Source: Asterias rubens (lineage: Eukaryota). From it: a stretch of DNA of 64,000 nucleotides. Every line of letters begins with the position of its first letter. Positions within the stretch are counted from its first letter, which is position 1. Positions 40,789 through 54,065 of the stretch are shown here, piece after piece. The DNA lies in contig NC_047067.1 in assembly GCF_902459465.1 (NCBI RefSeq), positions 20,150,001 to 20,214,000 of the forward strand, given 5' to 3'. Made by a program: the position numbers and the translations under genes. Below the pieces are notes generated by a model that saw nothing but the letters and a program-made list of their open reading frames with translations, made no database searches and had not been told where the DNA came from.

Positions 40789-41047
40789 AAGTATTATTTG
40801 CAATTTAACTCAAGTTTGACTCAATTGGTCCTCGAAGTTGCAAGAGAATAACGAAAGACTGAAAGCGATCCTTGTTGCACGAATTCTGTGTGCTTTGAAT
40901 TGTCCGAGTGGCGTACTTTTTTATATCTGCTCAGATGTCTGTCTCTCCCATGTCTTAGACGATACTCCTCAGAAGTATCTGAACTGTAAAGACATCATTT
41001 CCCTCTGCTCCCACTTGTTCTTTTTTTGTTGCAACTCAATTTCCAAG

Positions 41048-41253
41048 ATGTTGATTTTCACACCCAAGTTCCCTATAGTAAACCAAAGAGGCGACATCGT
41101 GGCTGGGATTGTGTGTGTGGACCCAGTTCCAAGGGGAGTCTTGGGTTCGCTGAGATGCAGGACGGGCCAATCTTTGTGAAGGAAGACGAGCAGAAATACT
41201 TAGACAGTGCGGATGAGTTCTTTCACATCTTGGAAGAGGACAATTCGGTCTAA
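41048..41253 (+). CDS. Candidate terminal exon of an unidentified small orphan gene
   Basis: Locally GC-richer open frame DVDFHTQVPYSKPKRRHRGWDCVCGPSSKGSLGFAEMQDGPIFVKEDEQKYLDSADEFFHILEEDNSV*, with pyrimidine-tract acceptors at 41047 and 41078. No family recognised. Confidence 0.3.
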
Positions 41254-41267
41254 AGAAAGAGGATTTG

Positions 41268-41455
41268 AGGCATTGGACAATATTCTTAATTACTCAAAAT
41301 AATTGTTAGCATAAAACGTACTCTGTAACGAGCAATGGGGAGCTGTTGATAGTATAAAGCACTATGGGCTTCCTGTAAAGTAACGAGGTTTTTGAGAAAG
41401 AGGTAATTCCTCACTCAAATATGAAAACTTCAGGCCTGAAGCCTTACTGAAGATG
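41268..41455. mobile_element. Family A MITE, 5' half
   Basis: ggcattggaca...taattactcaaaataattgttagcataaaa... matches the other copies. Confidence 0.75.
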
Positions 41456-42569
41456 CATGCAGCACCATGAACAGTAAATACAAAGACAGGAATTGTATTT
41501 TTTTCAAAATCCAAATCAACCAACGTTGACCCCATTTTGACCCATCTTGGTTTTGCGAGAGAAACAATACTTGTCTAAATTTGGTAAAACTTCCAGATTA
41601 TTTCTTTATGACAACACATGTAGTCAAAATATCACCTCGTATCAGCCCAAAGCTCTCGAAGACTAGACCATAAGGCAAAGCTCAAGTGCATGAGATGTCG
41701 AGACAAGTTCTCAATCATTGAGCAAGGATAATGTGTGCAATGTCGTAGGTCCTTATTTCGTTTTGCTTGCCAGCAGGGGCCCACGCAGCGATCTTGACCG
41801 TCTGCCAAGCCGACTGCTGGGCCGCATGATTGAGCAGAGATACAGACGTCTCTCTGCACCAGCATGAACATATTACTGACAAGATATCTATATTTTAGAC
41901 TCGTGCTTTATTTCTTAAAAAATGAAGACAATATTTATATATCTTTGTCTCGAGTGTGCATCCTATAAAGTTATAACATCTCTGAAGGACTGTGGACGAG
42001 GAAAAAAAATTGCTGAAAAGCGTCAAGAGAGGGCAGGCTCACAAAGAGTGGGATGCCTGATTATTGAAGGCTTTGGCTGCATACACCATGGGCGTTTCTC
42101 TGTGGCCGAGTCCGGGCTCTGTTTGGAAACGCCATGGCAAAGTTTACCCATCTAAAGTTGATGACAGCCCAGGCCAGAGCTGGGGCCTATGAAGCCGGGG
42201 TTTGAAGTACAAAAAAATCACACAAAATGGCTGCTATTTCTGTCAGAAATTTTGTTTTGTTTTTGAAATCTGCAATTCTCTACCACTTTGGGTTGACTGG
42301 ATGGTGATATTATGTTTACAGCCAATAGAGTGGCATTGTTGTCTCCCGCACTGCAATGCTCATGTATGCCTAATTGGCACAGTGAGTGGTGACACATTGG
42401 TGGAACCAACCAACCTAGGTTAATTGATGTGGTTATATAGTAATTAATTTCTTTGTCAAGATCAGATCCGTGTGCTATTTATTAACTTCTATCAAAACCG
42501 TTTTAGAGGAACGAGATTAAATTGTAAGATACGAGCTCTGGAAACGACACACTGCGTACACAGGTTCAC

Positions 42570-42930
42570 TAATAACCAACGCTTTCCTCAAACAACATTT
42601 TCCTCTTCAGCACCATTCAATCGAACATTATTCACCATTAGTATTTCCTATGTTGTGTCTTCTATTACACTTTTCGTAAATCCTTTCATCCAACCATCCT
42701 AATTTCCAACTCCTTTCTGTATGCCAACTTCTGAATTTCTACCCCTCCCCCACATCACACACCCCCACCACCACCACAAACAAATCCCCAATCCCATCCT
42801 CCAATTACAAGCAATCCATCTAGTTTCATCTTCCATCCATGAATCAATCCCCAGACGCCCCATCCCACCCTCCTCCCCAGATGGGATCATCCTCATAATC
42901 CCCCTCCTCGTTCCCATCATCTTGGCAACG
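42570..42930. repeat. Degenerate (CAT/CCA)-rich low-complexity tract; similar tracts at ~25130-25375, ~29930-30040 and ~39540-39730
   Basis: Composition visible directly. Confidence 0.6.
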
Positions 42931-44479
42931 AGGTACTGTCAACATCCTCTTCCAAAAATCACTGCAGCTGAACGGTGACACCCCGGTGACGTCACATTAT
43001 AGGTGTTGCATCCTACACGTGGAAGATACCATGCCACTACATGCACGCAGGCAAAACCGCAAAGTGAGGTTCAAGAAAATAACATCCGAGTTTGGGCGGG
43101 AAAGAGGCAGAGCGGTGGGAGAAGGCATCTCCGATCCTCAATTTGTAGATGCTGCTAACGAAGCAATCCGTCAAACCACATTATGAGTCATTGTTACTGC
43201 TCAATCGATGTTATTAAACCATAGAGCTTTCTCGCCGAGCGTGACCGCAGTACTGTCCACTATTTCGTGAAAGACAAAAGCCCGCGCTGCTGTTCTCAAA
43301 CCGCCGCTATAATTACAGTGTGTTTGTACACATCGAACGCCGACATAAATCAAACAGTACCAGCACATAAATTATTACGCGGATCTATATTACTAAACAA
43401 AAGGCCATTGATGATTCATATCAAATAATGTCAGATATTCCCGGTCCCCCCTTAATAATTGTGAGAAAAATACTGTAGAAAAAGAATATGTTTCTAATTA
43501 GTAGTTTTAAAAGGTCTGAAATAAAACAGCAATTCAGGTGATAATTTATAAACGACGAGAGGTGATTTTGCGGCGAAAAAAAACCGTGGAAAATATAAGC
43601 AGGAAATGAACGGATCATACTCAGATTGAATTACAGCGCACCGTGAATGGTATTGGAGTGACAGCCCAAACTCGGCTGCAGGATTTCCTGTTACAATCTG
43701 TTAAATATACCAGGGTCAGAATTGACCCGGATTCTGGGTCCAAGGAAGGCCTGACCCTAAGAGCAATGGTTACCGAAGCGACTCAAACTTGGATTCTGCA
43801 CCAGTTTGACCCTTTTGGGGGTTTGACATAAATTCCGGGTCATACTGGCCAGAAGCGAGTCACAAGGTTTTAGCGTGTGGCTTTGCGGACTCAAAAACAA
43901 CACGACGTTCGTTTTGGGGATTTGAACTGGGGTCCGCAGAGGTGAAATGCAGGGACATGCGCGTCTTATTACAGAGGATGGTAGTATTTGTAGATTAAGT
44001 ATTTGCCCCCGAAGCGTTCCATACTAAAGACACTTCAACTTTGATTTATCAAAATAAGAAACTTAATCCCGAATTTCAAATCAGAGTTCGGTGCAAGTCT
44101 CATAAGTTTGTGTATACAAAAAAAAAACATCATGACGCAAAGGCCTAAAACATTCTCACAACAAGTCAACGTGGCTATTTAATATTTCATCTCAACCACC
44201 ATTCATCATTGTCCATGAAACACGCACTTTGGTTAATAAGCCCAGAGTCGTCCCTTATATTTGCGCCCTGGGCCATAACATTAGCGATTAGTGAACAGCT
44301 AGCTTCCCCATGGGGTGGGGGGGGGGGGGGGTCTGCCCTGCTGCCCGTCTGTTCGTAATGACATCCCTCCAACATTGTTGTATCGCTGTTATGAGTCACT
44401 GTGGTACACAGACTAATTTATACGGACCGTAGGGGCAATCCCTTTATACGCTCTGACCACTGATTGTGATCTCGCGATT

Positions 44480-44685
44480 CTACACGGGATTCCCTCAAGT
44501 TAAAGGGGCGATACGGCTTGTTGCACTGATGAAGACAATGAGAGATGACCGATCGAAACGTCGACTTGTGTTGAACCACTGGATGCAACACAACAAGAAA
44601 CAACTGAGCTTATACGACGCTGATGCTGGACCGAGATGAGTGGAAGGCGACCATCAGAGCTTCCCGAGATGGCGTCGGCTGAAGA
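44480..44685 (+). mobile_element. Possible degenerate 3' end of an RTE-clade LINE ORF2
   Basis: Frameshifted peptide pieces (TCVEPL...ETTEL / LMLDRDEWKATIRASRDGVG*) resemble the recalled RTE C-terminus (TYVDxL...M.DRxxWR). Confidence 0.3.
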
Positions 44686-45639
44686 CAACATCTCGCTCAA
44701 CTACTTAAAACTTCTGGATGTTTCAGAATCACATTAGAGCATTGTGGACAAAACAAACATTGGTTTTGAATGGCACGCCTACCACAATTGATATAGCACA
44801 AATTGTATTCAAATGTCCATTAGTCTTTATAATGAAGCAAACATTTGATACAAGGAAAATATGGCTTTGTTAAAATTGTGGCACTAGTTTTTCTATAGTA
44901 TAATGTCATACTTCATGTAAACTGGCGATATGATTAAAGGATTAAACACCATGCAATTATCTTATCAATCGTTGAAGCAAATAACCTAATGTATGACTTC
45001 TCGAAAATTACGAATGGAAACACTTTCACACATTATCATAGTTCATACAGATATAGCTTTTTACAAAAGTACACCCAGTAAAACATGCCAATGACACACA
45101 TGGGTGTGACGTCATACGCGCATTATGATCTTTGCTAATGGTGTCTAATTGTTTTCGGATCTATACACATAAGCATCATCACGTACTCCTACGAGTATTT
45201 TTTTTCTTATAATCTCGTCAAAGTCTGTTGACTTTCATTAATGAATTCCATACAGGCGCCTCTTCCGCCTTCCATGTCTTTAAAATATTCACAAAAGTGC
45301 TATTCACACGACAGTACTTTAACTGGGGTTCCTTGCTTAATTTTGCAAGAGAACTCGGACAGTATAAACAAATTTTTGTCCTTTCATATGAGGTACATTT
45401 TGTAAATGTTTCAACCATGCTACAATTTAGCAAGGGACCCTTGCTAAATTGCTTTAGTGTGAAGGGGCTAAAGAGTGCATAATATGACAATGACATGGTA
45501 TTTTGGCTGAGCTTTATTCATAGCATAGTTTTGTTTGTTTAGCTTATTTTTGTGCTTAGGTAGCTCTATGAAAATACCATGTTGAAAATATAATTTGTGA
45601 CAGCTAAATACAATTTGTGACTGCTCATTTATGCCTCCA

Positions 45640-45727
45640 AAAAATTGCTCAGCTTTGTTGTTGGGATACACCAAGCGAGTATATTGCATGGTCTTTGCCA
45701 ATTACCAAAGGTGTCCAGTGCCTTTAA
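45640..45727. mobile_element. Family A MITE, terminal fragment
   Basis: ttgggatacaccaagcgag...ccaaaggtgtccagtgcc-TTTAA. Confidence 0.75.
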
Positions 45728-46289
45728 TTCATGCGTCTGCTATAAACTAATGGCTACATTATATTATAACCAAATCCAACCATGAACTTCAAACTTCGAG
45801 ATCATGGTGAGGGTAGGAGTCTATCCGACGCAGTGAAGAGGAGTCGTCATCCAACAGTGAGTGATGAGACATTGTTGGCGTTAGGTGAATGTCTCTGTTC
45901 AGACAGTATGTGGCGACATTGTGTCGGACTGTCCGGATGAATCATGTAGTCATACGTGGCATGCGGGACGTGTTGAGAGAATTCCGGACATGCTCCGGAC
46001 AGTTCCGAGAACAGGAAGAGTTGGAGATGGGTGCGGAAATGGTTACAAACCAACATGAAATGACAAGAAGAGGAATGACATCATCATGACGAGTTTGTAA
46101 GATATAGAATGTTGCAGAGGAGAGTTAAACAGATACTAAGGTTTAAGATCGGCAGTCTTGGAAAAATGAAATCCCGCCGTTGAAATTCAAGCCATACCTT
46201 CCATCGAAGACACAATTTTTTGCCTAAAAAGTAAACGAACTTGTTCGTTATTGTACGGAAGCTTGGCGCCACATGAATACAAAAGTATC

Positions 46290-46470
46290 TAATCGTGAAC
46301 GTACACAAAACGTTATAGTGTATACATGATAATTCAAACCTTGTCTTGTATGTACACAATAAGTTCAAACTTATCGTGTACGTACACTATAGTTTGGAAT
46401 TATCGTGTACGTACACGATAAGTTTGGACTTATCATACGAACACGATATCTTGTCGTGTTCGTACACGTT
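46290..46470. repeat. Degenerate ~30-bp tandem repeat with palindromic core GTGTACGTACAC
   Basis: ttatcgtgtacgtacac recurs. Confidence 0.75.
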
Positions 46471-49400
46471 ATTTTTAAAGATACACATGTTCGCCACCAG
46501 GAGAGTATACATGTACGTGTCACAGACGGAGGGTATTGTGAATGATACTGTGTGACTGAGTGATGTACGATCTGCCCACGAGGGACTGGGTGTGACGCCC
46601 GGGCAGAATATTCACAATCTGGGGTTGTACAGCTCCCATGTAAAGAACACGAATCGGGTCCCCCGCACTTTGAGATTTTGTAACTCGAGAATATCTAGGT
46701 GAAATAGTCGGGAGATTTTCTCAGTTTCCAGTTTCTAGTTTCGAATCTGACTTCAGTGAATCACGTGAAGGCGTGATGGTTGTTCGCCATGGAAGTCAGG
46801 CTCCCCCACAAGTCAAGCACTTACGGCACCTTGGGTTTACACAAACCATCACCCTTCCAATATATAAGCAAACTTTTGATGTTTTGTATTGAGTGACTGG
46901 TGCCCATGTATGCTGGTGCCAATTTCAAAGAACTTTACTATAGTCCCCATACGAATCATAGCTCCATGTACACAATCATGCAGATAATTTTTCCTGAACC
47001 GAAAACGAGATGCGTTACTGACAGTAACGTTTCTAAGACTGTATGTTCCAATTGCAGATTATTTTCCTGCGTGGACATAAGCACCGCTCCAGATTTTCGG
47101 CAATATCTTACAAACGCTACCACCTTTTTCCACAGGTTAATTTAATGATATGGGATTTCAAACAAACAATAGGTTCCAATTGCCAAACGTATACAATCCC
47201 TTTAAACATGAGCAAATCATGGTGTCAGATTTAGCAATCTGATGGAAATGCAATGTCAATGTCCCTTCCCATAGACATTTTTGAATGTTTGAAGACAGAG
47301 ATTTTTACCATTAGGCATTCTACACATGACGCAACGTCTCGGCGTCTTCTTTGTCTACATCCGAAGCATGACTCAGCATTCTGGCTGTAGATTGATCTAG
47401 CCCTTGCCCTTGTAATACTCACCAGTTTTTAATTAGCCTCAGGGCTAATTTAGAGTTGTCTTTAGAAAAAACTAAATGGGTGTGTGTAGTATGGGATCCC
47501 TTCTTGTGAACAGTTCGGAAACTTCCTGGCACCGAGTTTTATAAAAACTGCAAGTTCTACCCAAACGAGGCTACAGACCACTCTTGGTAATGGGATACAA
47601 GAAGAAAATATTACATATGAAAATAACTGGGGGAGCTGAAGGAAGGAACTGATATTTCTCTAAATAGTAGGATGGAGGGAAGTACCAGGCAAGGAGTTCC
47701 AAAGAGATGCAGCACGTGGAGTAAAGATGTTTGAATATTGTTATGGTCTTTGTTCATACCTCGGCAAAGCAAGAATGTATGGGTAAGAACAGACATAAAG
47801 ATTGGTTTCATGCTCAAGAATAGACAGACAAGTTCGTTCAGGTTTACCGAAATGATAAACACATTCATCATCTTTTGAGATAAATTTATGCCTATGGAGT
47901 AGATTGAAGACACAATGATGTGGCTGAACAAGACCTCGGTCGACATGTGCAAGAACCACATAGTCTCCTATTACTAATAGTCCAAGGGTTAACTGAGCTA
48001 GCATGTGCTACAAACCTGACAACATAAGCGGTGGCACATTTCGACTGAATTTAGACTTCATCAAAATGTGATTGCGAATAACTTGTGACATGAGTAGTCC
48101 TACTACAAATTGATTCTGACAACGAACGAATGAATGTTTTGGCGCTAACTTCGTCAGATCATGTTAGTTTGTGAGTGTGTCTAAACACACAGGCATGCCT
48201 AAGTGCCACAAGGATCGGTTATGTGTCCCTAACTCTCGCTTTGATTGCGTGACTGTGTGCGTTGAACCAAATTACCCGGGAATTATTGTGAGTAGTTGTT
48301 TTGTGTGCACGGGCGTGAATCCGCGTGGCTTAGGGTGTCATCCGAATGACACATTTTGATAAGAAGTTAATCTTGATATAGTGGGGCATTCAACTTAATT
48401 TGCCTGTTCTGTTTTACAGTACGATTTAAGAGTTGGCATGAACACATGCAGGTGACAAACTGTGGTGTAAATGCCGCGTGGTGTTACGAAGTAGTGTTTA
48501 AAGACCACCAGTTGATCCTAACCAACTCCTCAAAGATCCAGCCAATAAAAACGGGCGTCCTCAAAAAGCAATATTGCGATTGGCTGAGGGTAACTCCGCT
48601 GGCATGTGGCGGTAAGGAGTCTTAGGCCATATTCAAAAGGGACTTGTGCAAGAACCACACAGTTTCCTGTTATAATTAGTCCATGTGAAACTGACAATAC
48701 CCATTAAGGTAACCCACTATAACTGAATGTGTAGAAGGTTCATATATCACTGTATACAAAACGTTGAGGGGTGCGATTTTGACTCCTCCCGTATGTTTTA
48801 TTTCAACAAGGAGCTACAAACTGATTAAAAGAAGAATATTTTCGCATAGTAGGACAATTATAATAATTATTGCCAATAAATATGCCACAAAGTAGCTGAA
48901 CTTTAATGGAATAGCAATTAGTCTATATACGACATCAGATTGGAATCAGTAGGCCCAAGCGCAGCCTCTCAAAAGAGTATGTAAAGAGGTAGAATAGTGC
49001 GCCCTCTGTCGTTAGGCAAAACTTATGTATAAGTTTAGAGAAACTACAGGCCGTGTAAGGGATCCATGGCCTCAGCAGTTGCTACGTCTGACACGCCGAC
49101 AATTTACAGGTATTATTCTTCAACGTTGTTTATTTCAGCCAACTGCCATAGCCTTAGCGTTAGCCTTGTAATTTTGGTTATAAATTATTTTAAAAACAAG
49201 TGGCCTATACCCATCATAGGTTTTAAGTTCCCGAAGATGTCAAGTTAAAACCTTGCTATTATTTTATCCTGACGAAAATCGTGCAATGATTAGCCATATC
49301 TATTGCAGCGCATCACTCTCACTAAACACAATGCATTCCAATTGGTCCAGCTGACTAGTTCAGTATTGAAAAGCATCCCTAATATGGACAAGTGAAAAAG

Positions 49401-50133
49401 CTGACTCACCGGCCGGTGACCAATAAAATGAAAAACTATAAGTGGTACCAATGGCCAGTTACTGAACAAGTTATAAATGCAAACACTGCATTGCGCCTAT
49501 TGTCAACCTATGTCAATATTACCGAAATTATAGCTGATTTTCAACTCAAAATGTGTTTACAGTTACTAACAGGTTGGCGCTATAATGGCCCGGTGTAATA
49601 ACCCACACGAATTCAATCCAAACAAATTGTGTAATGAATTCTGAAGAAGGCTTGGGGCTTTTGAGTGAAAACACAACTCCACACTGAATTTAATGATTGA
49701 TAGAGCCCCATCTATTATCCACACATAGCCTGATGTTTTACCATCGACGTCCCTATCTGTCAGAGAAAGATCTTGACGGTTGATCGGCGTTGTGTCCCCC
49801 ACTAAAATAACCCCGGATTCATGCTCAGTCGCCACTCTCACTCTCGGTCCGATTCCAGGGCCCGTGACTCACCAGCACTCTGCGGTTTTGTCACCAGGGC
49901 ATTCCTTCTTTCTAATTTCAGAGCTAGAAAGTAATCAATATTAATTATTTTAACAGTGTAATTACAGTTGGGGTATTTCTTTTGAACCAATGATACGACG
50001 AGTCAGGGCGAAACTGTCACACGACGGGACTGGGCAAGGAGTGAGTAATCTTTCACTGGGTCGTTGTGCGCTTTCAACGAGAGGCAAACGTTCATGGCCA
50101 ATGAGAACTGATGATGGTTCTTCCAGAAGGTCA

Positions 50134-50528
50134 TTAAAGGCACTGGACACTATGGGTAATTACTCAAAGTAATTGTTAGCATAAAAAACTTACTTGGTAA
50201 CGAGCAATGGAGAGCTGTTCATAGTATAAAACATTTTGAGAATGGGCTCCCTCTGAAGTAACGTAGTTTTTTAGAAAGAGGTAATTTCTCACTCAAAATA
50301 TTATTATAACAACAAACTTCAGCTAAAGCCTTTTATTATGCATCTGATGAAAGCACACAAAAATATGCAAAAACTGTGTGTTTTTTCTTTCATTATTCTT
50401 TAGCAATTTCAATTACCAACTGAGCCCAAAGTTTCCCAGGTTTGTTCTTTCATGCATTGTTTTGGGACACACCAAGTGAGAAACTGGTCTTTGACATTAT
50501 TATTACCAAACGTGTCCAGTGCCTTTAA
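50134..50528. mobile_element. Family A MITE, full length
   Basis: TTAA-AGGCACTGGACAC...GTGTCCAGTGCC-TTTAA, near-perfect TIRs. Confidence 0.88.
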
Positions 50529-53399
50529 CGACAATACTTTGTGTTCTATACACGGTATTAGTCAGCACCCTAAATTATGAATAATGAAAACAGAAACATG
50601 ATATCATAGCTGGCAAACAATTTTGTAGATGGAAGAATAATAAATCTACACAGAATGTTAATATGAAAACCACGTTTGATTGTGTGGCATACGATCTTAC
50701 GAGGCATTTTTGAATTATGGACGGCAGAAAGATGAGTTTATAAAAAACAACATTGTTTAAACTCGTAACATAACAGGGGTGCCCTTTGTTATCTTTTGTT
50801 TTGTGGAAGATGAACTGTGTTCAAATGTCATAGGATTACTGAATGCCAACCTCCACTTCTCAGGTGGGCGTGGCTTATACAACAATTATAGATATTCGTT
50901 TTCGTGACAAAAAAGAACTTAACAAGTTAAGTGATATCGAAAATATTGCTGTATAAAACCCGTGATGTCCACAATTTTTAAGAATTAGTCACTCGTCGTT
51001 GACCTTATACACGAAGTGCCAAATGGCATCCAATGCTTATGGTGTCATACAGTTTTGTAACATTTTTTTTCATTAATAAAAGTCAAAAACCGAGAGAATA
51101 TAAAATATCGATTGGAACTAATTCATGCTGTATTGTTTGCGGATGAAAAGACTTCTGCAGAGAGGAGGGAAATGCTGAAGATAGAATTATTAAGAGGTGA
51201 TAAATTATTTCTGAGGCGAATGCACTTGTTCCAACAAAAGAAGACAACAACAAAATGAAAGGAGCGCGATGGTTAACAATGGCACTTGCGGAGAAACCCC
51301 TGCGACCGTGAGATCAAATTAAAGTACCGGACAATAGCTCCGTCTTCCCCGGGTTGGTTGGTTCAAGACTCGCTGAATCTACACGGTCAAGCTGTTTCAT
51401 AACACGGCGCTCCGTCATGCGCGAGATACGCTGCTCTTGAGAGGTATAACAATAGCAAGGCTGCATCAGTCATTATACGACCCCTTATAGAAAATATGAG
51501 AAATATGACCGGCCAGATTCTATGATTCATCCCCGCCGATTTTTTGCCACCTTATCACAAATAATTACTTGTAGGTTCTTGAATCATCGCACGGGATTAG
51601 GAGATCTCGGGGCTTTGTCATTGGAGTTGCTCCCATGGGATTAACCGGGCACTCACTGTGTGCTCTTGCGGGTGAAAAAAGGGCACAGAAAAAAAAATGC
51701 TCTCAGATTTTGTTTCTTTCTGATCTCACGTCTTTTTTTGGGTGTGAGTGTTGCTGACATCGCATTGTGTTGAGAACGCTTGGGGAATGAAGGGTTTATA
51801 GCAACGTGTACTTTTGAATAGGATTCCTTTATGCAAATAAAACCCAAACTTTGAAGGAGGGTTATTGAACTATTGCAGTATGCCACTCACACGGAAATCA
51901 TTCTAGCTAGAGACTCTACTCTTCTCTAAACAATTATAACTTCTGTTATTTCGTACAATCTCTACTCGTCACAAGCTAACACTGAAATATTGTAGCCAGT
52001 CCAGAAGCAATAATTAAATAGTTGTAGGTGTATTTGTGTCTTTTCCATGACACGTGTCGTGTGCTATTGTTTTGAATGAAGCCACAACTCCCGCCCAAAC
52101 TATATTCTAATGCACAGAATAGAAATGAAAAACAGCAATAGCATTTCTCGATTTCTGTGACTCTTCAATCTTTTGCAAATCCAATTTGTAATCCAAGCTT
52201 GGAGAGAGATAGGTGAAACTGTATGGATTGCTGTAAAATGATGTATGCTTTGGCACACTCGTTGAAAACTCAGTTTTCATTAGTTGGTTTTTACAACAAG
52301 ATTTCTGAACATAATCAATAAAAACGAGAGCTGTGTAAACATTTGTCTCAAATATCGTCAATATTCTATTTATGAATTTATCTTAGTTCAAGAAACAGCG
52401 AAAATTGCAACAGTTTATGAATTGTTCATAAGATCATGACAGCAGATAGAGAGTAGAGAACAATGAAACTAATTTGATGATATTTGTTGCATTGTCTAGT
52501 CACATTGTCTCGCCATCGATTGTCATGACTCCACAAAACACCAACTTGGCATGAAAAGTGTAAACATGACAAACAGAGAGTCACATTTGCTCCTCTGCAA
52601 GAGGCAACAAAAAAAATGCCCGGTGATGGGTCCATGAGTCACCAGGGGCCATTGGCTAGAAAACGGGCCGAACAAAAGCTGGATAATACTACACCATGAT
52701 GACACACCGTGCTATAAGCCTATTAGTTCTGGCATCACAATAATGCCTGCAGTCAACGAACATTTCCATCTTTGTGGAGTACCTTCTGTGAAAATTAGGA
52801 GGAAGGTGATTGGTAAAATATCGGTGGAACATTGTTGGCAATCATACTAGGTGTAATAACCAGAACATTACTAGCGCGCTGATCCCATGAATCATGTAAT
52901 TTGAACCGGACCAACTTGCAGAAAAAATAATCTCGTCAACCAAATTCAGTGAGGCAAAATGGATTTTCAATGTAAAAAATATACTAGGTCTTCTCTTCAA
53001 TATCAGCTTGTGCAATACAGCATTTCAAGGGAAGCTATATTCAAACATGTATGATACCCAACACAAGCATTAACCTATTTTTGTTTCAGAAAATGTACAA
53101 ACACAATAACTATGGACGACAATTTGAGTCAAGTGTCACCCTGAGTGTCAAAACGTTTTTTATTTTTTGTAGTAGGCCTTATTACTTGTTTTGGTAGCAA
53201 GAGGGCTGCCTGGCGAAGCTAAATTGTTTCAAAATCCAGACAGGAGAAATTTTCATTCAAACTCCAATTCTTGACCATTCTTATTTTGCGTAGAAAATGC
53301 TGACTAAAACTTCGCTCGCATAATGACATCCCTCTGGTGAGATTGAATTTCGGCAACATGCTCTCACACGAGATCGACATAATAAAAAGCAACTCAGTG

Positions 53400-53500
53400 A
53401 CTTTTTTACGGACAACAGAGGGCGCTATCGGAAGTTTATGGAATGAAAAAGTGAAGACAAAATTATACACAGGATCGAGGACACAAATTCCGAATCCAGG
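53400..53500 (+). promoter_or_regulatory. Promoter and non-coding first exon of the GNAT gene
   Basis: AGAGGGCGC and ETS-like CGGAAGT motifs, followed by donor CAGG|GTAAGT at 53500/53501. It would pair with acceptor ttttttatgcag| at 54048. Confidence 0.55.
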
Positions 53501-54065
53501 GTAAGTAGAAAGAAATCCTCGTAACATAGTCATACATGTTTGTATCAGGAATCAATGATGCTCAAATTGTAGCAGAAATAACAGTGGATAATGTTGGTGT
53601 ACTTTGTTAAAACATACTTTTAAAATGCAAATGATTGCGTTCCAGTACACAGTGAGTCTCCACTGACCATCATTTTGTACGGTGAAACTAGACCCAGTGT
53701 AACTGGGGCGCTGTTACGGTGAAACCTATTACCAAATCATGTGTAACTATTAAGCATGGCCATGTGCAAGTCTCCCTCACCAATCCATGAATTGCACCAA
53801 GCTACCACATTCTCAAGTTCAGATAGATTATCTATGTAGCTATAGAGTTCTCAATCTCTCTTAAAATTTAAGACTTGGTTTTTATCTTTTGGGATGATCA
53901 TTTTTAGTTTGGGATAGCTAAAATTTGAGACCCACTTGGTGCACAAGTTTGAAACTTTTCTGTGTTTCTACATACTTCTACTACTAGTACTACTGACACT
54001 TGACTGTACTTTGTGCTCAACATTACCATTTTGTTATTTTTTTTATGCAGATCAATCTCTAAACT

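Noticed and set aside
49566-50150. Minus-strand protein-like ORFs (HESGVILVGDTT..., DLLEEPSSVLIG...)
   Set aside because: No recognisable motif and no consistent splice model; one starts inside the MITE terminus.
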